A stretch of 20,453 nt of DNA from assembly GCA_030141605.1 (NCBI GenBank), contig JAQGDQ010001933.1:1-20453 (forward strand), written 5' to 3'. Position 1 is the stretch's first letter; every line of letters begins with the position of its first letter. The translations under genes and the position numbers were made by a program. Under the pieces are notes generated by a model. That model saw only the letters and a list, made by a program, of their open reading frames with translations, was not told where the DNA came from and did no database searches. Positions 11,050 through 20,453 of the stretch are shown one piece after another. The stretch comes from Tubiluchus corallicola. Its lineage: Eukaryota > Animalia > Priapulida.

Positions 11050-11581
11050 CTGTGTGATAAAAACTCTCATTTACTGCCCTCTCATATACATACAGTGTCA
11101 GCACCACCGTCATTGGTAGCATGCTAGCGTCATACCACCATCATCACCTACGACGGTGACGGTAACGAAAATATTATAAATTGAATAGTGATGTGGCATT
11201 CACCGTAACAGCAAATTGTTTACGCACAGTGTAAGCTAGATTGCAGTCGTTTGTGGCGAGACCGGAATCTGCTTAGTATCGAGTCAATGCCTCTAATTTG
11301 AGCCACTGAACCAGCAGAGGTGTGACAATCATGTGAATGCGTCGTCCCCCTACGAGGAAAACAGCCACAACCAGCATGGCAAATAAATTCATCCAGAGCG
11401 AGAATCAAAGTGGTTCACTCACCTGCTCACTGATCAACTTCGACGACGACAAATACGATTTTTTTTAAAATGAAAAAAAATTAAAAATCATTTTTTTAAA
11501 AGTGTAGACGAAACCCACGAAATTCAACAAAAATGTGCAGCTCTCAGTTTGTGTTTTGAAATGAAAAAAATTGCAACTTAC

Positions 11582-11707
11582 TACATGAAATTTCGTCGCT
11601 ACAATCCGAGCAATCCTCTACCCCATTGCAGTAGACTGACTGAGGGAGGCACTCCTCGACATTCTTGCACTGAAATTTTCCCTTGACGCATTCGGAACTT
11701 GCAGCAC
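11582..11707 (-). CDS. LDLa-module exon 1 (most 5' module seen)
   Basis: gtacag|GT...TGTA|gtaagt, 126 nt, phase 1-1; AASSECVKGKFQCKNVEECLPQSVYCNGVEDCSDCSDEISC. Confidence 0.92.
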
Positions 11708-11819
11708 CTGTACCACAAAGATGGACGCAGAATGTAAAATTACTACACACAACTCCATATGGTCATTCGGTCATAGCAAATTGACGTTCTTTTCAGGAAT
11801 ACTTTAAGGGTCTCAGCAC

Positions 11820-11965
11820 TAGGGGTGAGCATTCTCTACCGGAAATCGAATTCGAATCGAATCGAATTTGTGTCTTTCGAATTCGAATCGAACCGAATTT
11901 CACTATTTCGAATCCGAATCGAATTCGAAATGAGTTTGAAAGATTTTCGAACCAGTTTTCGAACC
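11820..11965 (+). mobile_element. Probable end of a non-autonomous hAT-like DNA transposon
   Basis: Starts TAGGGGTGAGC and continues with many CGAAT/ATTCG pentamer subterminal repeats, as in hAT-type MITE ends; the opposite terminus was not found in the window. Confidence 0.45.
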
Positions 11966-12039
11966 ACTAGTAAAAAGTGGTCTTACTAGTAAGTAAAACC
12001 TTATTGTACTGCAAAACCTAAAGCAAATAAATAAACAAT

Positions 12040-12040
<1 letters not shown>

Positions 12041-12071
<31 letters not shown>

Positions 12072-13072
12072 AACCCTAATAACCCTAACCCTAACAATCC
12101 TTACCCTTGCCCTCGCCCTCGCCCTCGCCCTCATCCTCACCTTCACCCCCACCCTCACCTTCACGTTCACGTTCACCTTCATTTTAACCTTAACCTTAAC
12201 CTTAAAGTTCACCTTCACCTTCACCTTCATCTTAACCTTAACGTTCACCTACACCTACACCTTCACCTTCACCTTCATCTTAACCATAACGTTCACCTAC
12301 ACCTACACCTTCACCTTCACCTTAACCTTAACATTCACCTTCTCCTTCACCTGCATCTTAACCTTAACGTTCACCTACACCTTCACCTTCACCTTAACCT
12401 TAACATTCACCTTCACCTTCACCTTCATCTTAACCTTAACGTTCACCTACACCTACACCTTCACCTTAACCTTAACATTCACCTTCACCTTCACCTTCAT
12501 CTTAACCTTAGCGTTCACCTACACCTACACCTTCACCTTAACCTTAACCTTAACGTTCACCTACACCTTCACCTTCACCTTAACCTTAACATTCACCTTC
12601 TCCTTCACCTGCATCTTAACCTTAACGTTCACCTTCACCTACACCTTCTCCTTCATCTTCACCTTCACATTCACCTTCACCTTCACCTTCATCTTAACCT
12701 TAACGTTCACCTACACCTTCACCTTCACCTTAACCTTAACATTCACCTTCACCTTCACCTTCATCTTAGCCTTAACGTTCACCTACACCTACACCTTCAC
12801 CTTAACCTTAACCTTAACGTTCACCTACACCTTCACCTTCACCTTAACCTTAACATTCACCTTCTCCTTCACCTTAACCTTAACCTTAACGTTCACCTAC
12901 ACCTTCACCTTCACCTTAACCTTAACATTCACCTTCTCCTTCACCTGCATCTTAACCTTAACGTTCACCTACACCTACACCTTCACCTTAACCTTAACAT
13001 TCACCTTCTCCTTCACCTGCATCTTAACCTTAACGTTCACCTACACCTTCACCTTCACCTTAACCTTAACAT
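12041..13072. repeat. Telomere-like variant hexamer array (ACCTTC/ACCTTA/ACCTAC/ACGTTC...)
   Basis: About 1 kb with 6-bp period, including canonical CCCTAA units near 12068-12094. Confidence 0.92.
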
Positions 13073-13914
13073 TAATGTTAATCTCAATCTTATCTTATTC
13101 TTAATCGCACGAATGTGCAATTCAACCTTACATGAATGATTGCAATAGGTTGTGTCTTTCCAGCCGACCTCACAGTAAGCAGTGCAAACATTTAGTACGT
13201 GAAAGCCTATATACGCGACTACCCTTTCATTAGAGTAACCACTATGTTGTTGTTCTCTGATAAACACACATATCACATACCAAAAATCTGAAAAACCATT
13301 ATGAATACTAACAACGCTGCCATTTTAACACAATGCACGACAAAAAGAAACTCAAGGTCAACTTCATATTGATGAAGAATATGGCTTCATTTCAAATACT
13401 ATTGCTATACAGTAAAAGTGATAACAGACAGTCAGTATCTGAGCTAGAACACTAGTCAGATTTACAGCCCAGCTATATGTGAGGTATTGAAACGAAGGAT
13501 TGGATAGAAATTCTATAAAAGCTATGCCAATTTCCAGTGATTTCACATGATTGCGAAACCTCTGCTGGTTCAATGACTCACATTAAAGGCATAGTGATTT
13601 TAAAGCTGACTCGCTAGCCCGTTTTGCTGTATTGAGAAACCGAGCTCTATTGGCTTTCAGTCTCGATAGTTTTTGTTTACTTTTCTAGTCCATTTTTACG
13701 TTGATTATTCAAGTCAAATCGCTAATCATACGGTGAAAATTCCCCATGTTTCTTGCACCACTTGTAGCGATGCCCTGTCTCATAGGCCATTGGCTTCATT
13801 TTACAGACAGGATAGGAAAGAAGTCATTCTTGTTCAGTACGTCGTGTCGTTTTATCACAAAATTTTGTCAGTCGAGTTCTCTTTAGCAAGTTAGTAAGAT
13901 GCGGCAAAGATGTA

Positions 13915-14255
13915 AGTCAGTCAGTCAGTCAATCAGTCAGTCAGTCAGTCAGTCAGTCAGTCAGTCAGTCAGTCAGTCAGTCAGTCAGCCAGCCAGCCAG
14001 CCAGTCAGTCAGGCAGGTAGTCAGTCAGTCAGTCAGTCAGTCAGTCAGTCAGTCAGTCAGCCAGCCAGTCAGTCAGTCAGTCAGTCAGCCAGCCAGTCAG
14101 TCAGTCAGTCAGTCAGTCAGTCAGTCAGCCAGTCAGTCAGTCAGGTAGTCAGTCAGTCAGTCAGTCAGTCAGTCGGTCGGTCGGTCGGTCGGTCGGTCGG
14201 TCGGTCGGTCAGGCAGGCAGGCAGGCAGGCAGTCAGTCAGTCAGTCAGTCAGTCA
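13915..14255. repeat. (CAGT)n tetranucleotide microsatellite with CAGC/CGGT/CAGG blocks
   Basis: Directly visible; the SQSV ORF is an artefact. Confidence 0.97.
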
Positions 14256-14648
14256 TAAATTACATCTAAAAGACTGTTGGACTTGTATTTAGCGCATGTC
14301 AAGCACAAAATGCAATCAATTAAGATACAATGTTCTAAACACCAAAGAGTAAAAAAAATGCGACAAAGTTTAAAAACGAACCTACTCCCTCTTTTCCAGA
14401 CTCGTGCGCCCGAAACAATCGCCGATCACGTGACCATTCTGACTGATTGCGTCAGCAAATAGCCTAGCAAAAGATTCACAAAACAGTTCATTAAACGTGT
14501 TAATAATCAATGATGCGCGAATGTTCCACATAATTATACTGTTTATCTGACTTTTTCACCATTAATTTTGGTGGCAATAAACTGACAGACATATGCGCAC
14601 CAAGTCACTTTACAGGGTCACTAACCCTAAGCACGTATATTACTAAGC

Positions 14649-15118
14649 GTGCCATTTGTTTGCTGTTCCAATTTTTTCCTGTGCCACTTTTACTTGTGCC
14701 ATTTTTACCGGCGCCATTTTACTTGTGCCATTTTTACCTGTGCCATTTTTACTTGCGCCATTTGTTTGCTGTTCCAATTTTTTCCTGTGCCATTTTTACT
14801 TGCGCCATTTGTTTGCTGTTCCAATTTTTTCCTGTGCCATTTTTACATTTTTACCTGTGCCATTTTTACTTGTGCCATTTTACCTGTGCCATTTTTTCCT
14901 GTGCCGTTTTTACTTGTGCAATTTTTACTCGTGCCATTTTTACTTGTGCCATTTTACCTGTGCCATTTTTTCCTGTGCCATTTTTACTTGTGCAATTTTT
15001 ACTCGTGCCATTTTTACTCGTGCCATTTTTACTTGTGCCATTTTTACTTGTGTCATTTTACCTTGTGTCATTTTTTCCTGTGCCATTTTTACTTGTGCCA
15101 TTTTTCCTGTGCTAATTT
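14649..15118. repeat. ~15-bp tandem repeat array (tgtgccatttttact), probably subterminal repeats of a non-autonomous DNA element
   Basis: About 30 imperfect units; related units recur in both orientations at 15654-15718. Confidence 0.85.
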
Positions 15119-16056
15119 TGGTTTGCAAATAATTTCTAAAATAGTGTTTTTTCAAAAAATATTTTTACTTACAATCATATAAAATACTTATTCTAGTTTA
15201 TTAAAAAAAATAAGTTTATTTTAAACTAAGTCAGTATTCTCAGTACAGTAAATTATATTACGATGAGTCCATGAAATTTCTTACTGCTAACTTAGACTAA
15301 AGAATATAGTTTTCATAAAATTTAGCTAAAAATGTTAATTATTACACTAATTAGGGTGCATCTAACCCTAAATAGTGTCTAGCAGGGGTAGTACTTGGCA
15401 CACCTGTTTTTCATACAGCTTACACATGAATGTGCTGTTCCTTCGAGTGCATCAGAACTGTTTTAAAAGTTAAGAAAAATGTAATTCCGCCCACGCAATA
15501 AAAGAAAATAACGTAAAAGAAATAGTGTCGTAGGACCTTTAATATATATGATACGTCTAAATATGTTTTAAGCGTAAGTATATAATCTGCCCTTTTATAA
15601 CCTTTGTAATATACCAGATAGTATGGCTTCATACAAGATCATATAGTCGATGCACGGTAAAAATGCCACAGGATAAACGGCATTTTTACATTTTACATTT
15701 TACTTGTGCCATTTTAACTACATTGTTATGCAAAGTCTGTAGAGGGAGATTCCACTGTACATATCAGAGTTGTTCTTGTGCGCTGTTCTAATAATGCGTC
15801 ATAATGTAAACAATAATTGTAGAATGTATTATTCAAACGTGGTTAGATATGGAATCTATATGAAATATTTGAATAGATATGGTGAACTTGAGCTGAAATT
15901 TCTAAAGTTATATATCCTTAAAACGTGCCATATGTACTGCTAATATAAACAGTTTTGATTGTTCATGGAATAAAGCAAATATTGATCTTTTCCGTATTGT
16001 TTACAAACGTCACAGATTCTTTTAAACAAGTTTTGCAAATTTGCTGAAACAGAAAG

Positions 16057-16645
16057 ATGGTGTGGATGTTTATCACGTATTTCTCGGCTCTTGTAACTGC
16101 TTCCCTATCGACAGATTATTGCAAAAAAACAATTCATGGCTGTAGCTTTTGGACAGATGTGAGAGATAAAAAGGAAATTTGCGTAGTAGACTGCCAACGA
16201 ATAGCTACAAAACATGATCTTGCAAACATAGATAAAAATTTGGGAAGTCTGCATGATGGATTATACGAAGTTTTAATATTGGGCTACCAAGGAAGTGAGT
16301 TGCCTGAAAATTTTTTTCAGGGAAAGATTATGCCAGAAAGTACCTTGCTCATAAAAGAGGGCAACTTAGCTCGTTTAGAACAAAATTCGATAAATGGTCA
16401 TGTAAATGTGTTGGGCATTGAAGCGACGAGTCTTTCTTACATACATCCAGAAGCCTTCAAAAGTATAAATGTCTCCAAGATTTTCATCGAAGATAATGAA
16501 TATTTGACTGGAACCATTGAGTTTGATTTCTCTGAAAATCCGTACTTAGTCGAATTGCATCTTTTGCGAAACAGAATTCAAGGACTGAAGCCTATTAAAC
16601 TTCACAATAACATTCCGCCTGAAAATGTGACGATTAAGATTTTGG
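16057..16645 (+). CDS. Exon 1 of a secreted/cell-surface leucine-rich-repeat protein
   Basis: ATG in aagATGG context; signal-peptide-like MVWMFITYFSALVTASLS; Cys-rich cap; degenerate LRRs (ELPENFFQG, NLARLEQNSI, SLSYIHPEAF, LVELHLLRNRIQGL); strong phase-1 donor G|gtaagt at 16645/16646. Confidence 0.85.
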
Positions 16646-16835
16646 GTAAGTTGACGGCAGGTTTTCAGTTTAGCGACGTAACGATGGCATAACTGCGAGT
16701 TTTCAGAAATAATTTAATACAAATCAGCACTATTATTTCGCAAGGAGTATTATAATTCGGTATTTCAGATTTAACATTCAGAATTTCATGCAACTTAATG
16801 TAACTTTGACATTCAAATGTTTTTTTAATTTCTAG

Positions 16836-18418
<1,583 letters not shown>

Positions 18419-18703
18419 TCATCATTATCATCATCATCCTCATCACTATATCTACCACTGCCATCATTAATGTGGTATTGACAACATTTTTCATGATTGC
18501 ACATCATCAAGTGCGTTAATGTATTTTTTATCATCATGTATCATGTTTTATATCATGTATCATGTAATTTTAATACTACAGTACATTGTCATTATTAATT
18601 AACATTGTCATTTCTAGAATGCTGCAAGGCTTAAAACTACGTACCCGCTTAACACTGTAGTTGTCTCTACCGTTCCACTATCAACTTTTATGTTTTGATA
18701 CAG

Positions 18704-18919
18704 ATCTGGTTTGCTTGCAACATGAACGCTATTTTACATTACAAACAACAACAATAACAGCAGCAACAGCAACAACGACGATAACAACAACAACAGCCAA
18801 CACATCAACGTCATCGACAGCAACAACGACAAGTGACGACGACGGTTTTGACCGTGGCGATGGCGACGACAATGACAAAAACAAAAACATCAATGAGGAC
18901 AATGACAATGAAGTCTCTG
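18704..18919 (+). CDS. Candidate further exon of the LRR/mucin gene (Thr-rich then acidic)
   Basis: ttttatgttttgatacag|AT...TCTG|gtcagc, 216 nt, phase 1-1, open: LVCLQHERYFTLQTTT...DDDGFDRGDGDDND...EVS. Confidence 0.3.
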
Positions 18920-19507
18920 GTCAGCAGTTCGAAAGGCAAGATTAACTTAAATGCTCAGCTAAGATGATATTTTCTTTATAATATTTAAGATGACAGTAAA
19001 ATAAACCAACATGCTAAGTGACTTGTGTTTCCTTTAGTTCGTGTATTAACAATATTATAAATTACCTGCTTTCAATTTCAAATTGTTATGTTGGTAGAGC
19101 GTTGTAATTTATGTATGCCCATTTCAGTACCTAAGCCAACAACGTATCTCCTGCAGTAGAAGAATTAAAAGCAGTAAAAGGCTTCTGCTTCAGTCAGTTT
19201 TGAACCAAAACTCCTGAAACGGTAAGGGGAGATGTTTCCCCTACACTAAAGAATCATACACGTGAAACAAAATTCAACTTTTATTGTAGATGTGACGAAT
19301 TACCTGGCAAATTGAATCTGAATCTGCCTTAACTGGCTTCTTACTCTGCTTGGAACTATTTTATTGTTCACAATAGTAGACAATTAAGTGATGTAAACTT
19401 TAAAAACACGTGCAATTGTAACAAAAACTAGATGTCCTAAAATTTTTTATATTTTATGCATGAAGGAAAATAATAGCTGTTCATTACAAAAATGTTGTTT
19501 ATGACAG

Positions 19508-19641
19508 TGGCTATAGCTGCTTTCTGGTTATTGTTGTCTATTGTGTTGGTGGTTGTGGCTCGTGAAGCTTGCGTGCGGAACAGCCACAATGGGCATGGCA
19601 AACTATCAAGATCTTGTTTAGCAAACTGCCCGTTTATTTAA
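19508..19641 (+). CDS. Candidate terminal exon encoding a transmembrane helix and short tail
   Basis: gtttatgacag|TG, phase 1, gives (V)AIAAFWLLLSIVLVVVAREACVRNSHNGHGKLSRSCLANCPFI*; non-repetitive hydrophobic stretch in phase with the candidate exon at 18704-18919. Confidence 0.35.
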
Positions 19642-20453
19642 CACAAAGTACAAACATAAGAAGATGGATACCAGCACTTCGTCTTCAAGACAACTCCTAA
19701 TCTGCCTAGATGAGAGCCTCGAATTGCTTTTGTCTAACTACCTAATGCGCACTGAACTTCTGCGCATAGAGGTTACCGCATCAGTCTATTCTCCTGGCCA
19801 AGTCAGTCGAACATCAGCCGATCATCACTTGATATGCCACACCTGACTGGGCTTCTAGCCAAGACAATTATTTAATTTTGCATCGTCAAGGATTTAATCT
19901 TGAACTAATAACTTAATAATAGCAAAGGGCAAGCAAAAGTTTTGCATATAAATACACTTATAATCAATAATACGCAAACATCCTACATAATCCTCATTTA
20001 TAATGCAAAGCCAGCAGCAACATTTACTGAATTAAAACTATAATGTTACTAGCCAAACTCGCAAAAATAATTTTGCATGTAAACTCACAACATCAACCCA
20101 CACAACCACCCGCTACCCCACTCAGCTCATACCACCCACGGAACACCAACCCACCATTCCACTACACCATCCTAGTACAAATAATAGAAACCCAGGTAAA
20201 TTACCTCGTATATAAGGGACCCTATGATCAAAGCGAAATTGATCGATTTTTAACCTCAATTTTTCACAAACTCGATCTTCGAACAGCTCAGTTTCCACGG
20301 TCACATACATCTCTGATCACTGAAGCAGCTTCCTACATACCGTTTGCACTGAATGTGTAGCAATAATCCATAAAAATATGGGTAACAGTACAGGTCTAGA
20401 TACACCCTCGGTCTGACTCAACTTCGGTTACAAGGTACATCGGATATAAGGGA

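Noticed and set aside
11405-11450. Extra small exon suggested by a strong minus-strand donor CAG|GTGAGT
   Set aside because: No good upstream acceptor giving an open phase 1-1 exon; the nearest candidate contains an in-frame TGA.
14649-15182. Pentapeptide-repeat-like ORFs (CAIFT/VPFLL/CHFYL)
   Set aside because: All three frames are open because of the 15-bp stop-poor tandem repeat; homopolymer indels shuffle frames freely.
19664-20360. ORFs 19664-19846 and 20043-20360 as genes or retroelement remnants
   Set aside because: Short, with no motif I can recognise confidently and no supporting splice structure.

Overview
AT-rich animal (invertebrate-like) genomic DNA with spliceosomal genes and many satellites; not prokaryotic, and no CRISPR array. 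(1) 1-1805 is a GC-richer, intron-poor, compact segment that looks like the right end of a Polinton/Maverick-like self-synthesising DNA element or endogenous virus. It holds a partial ORF, an overlapping ORF for a divergent two-repeat TATA-binding-protein (TBP) fold, short repeats, and a motif-dense terminus ending ...CTATCCTACT. (2) 2437-11707 (minus strand) holds six symmetric phase 1-1 exons, each encoding one LDL-receptor class A (LDLa) module. The introns contain 48-, 57- and 34-bp minisatellites, microsatellites, an RTE LINE fragment and a SINE. (3) 11820-15720 is repeat-dominated. (4) From 16057 (plus strand) is a signal-peptide LRR gene with an LRRCT cap and a long Thr-rich mucin-like stalk; its 3' end is ambiguous. 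The most unusual item is the mobile-element-borne TBP homologue next to a terminus rich in E2F-like, E-box and nuclear-receptor half-site motifs. All calls are by eye; no database search was run.
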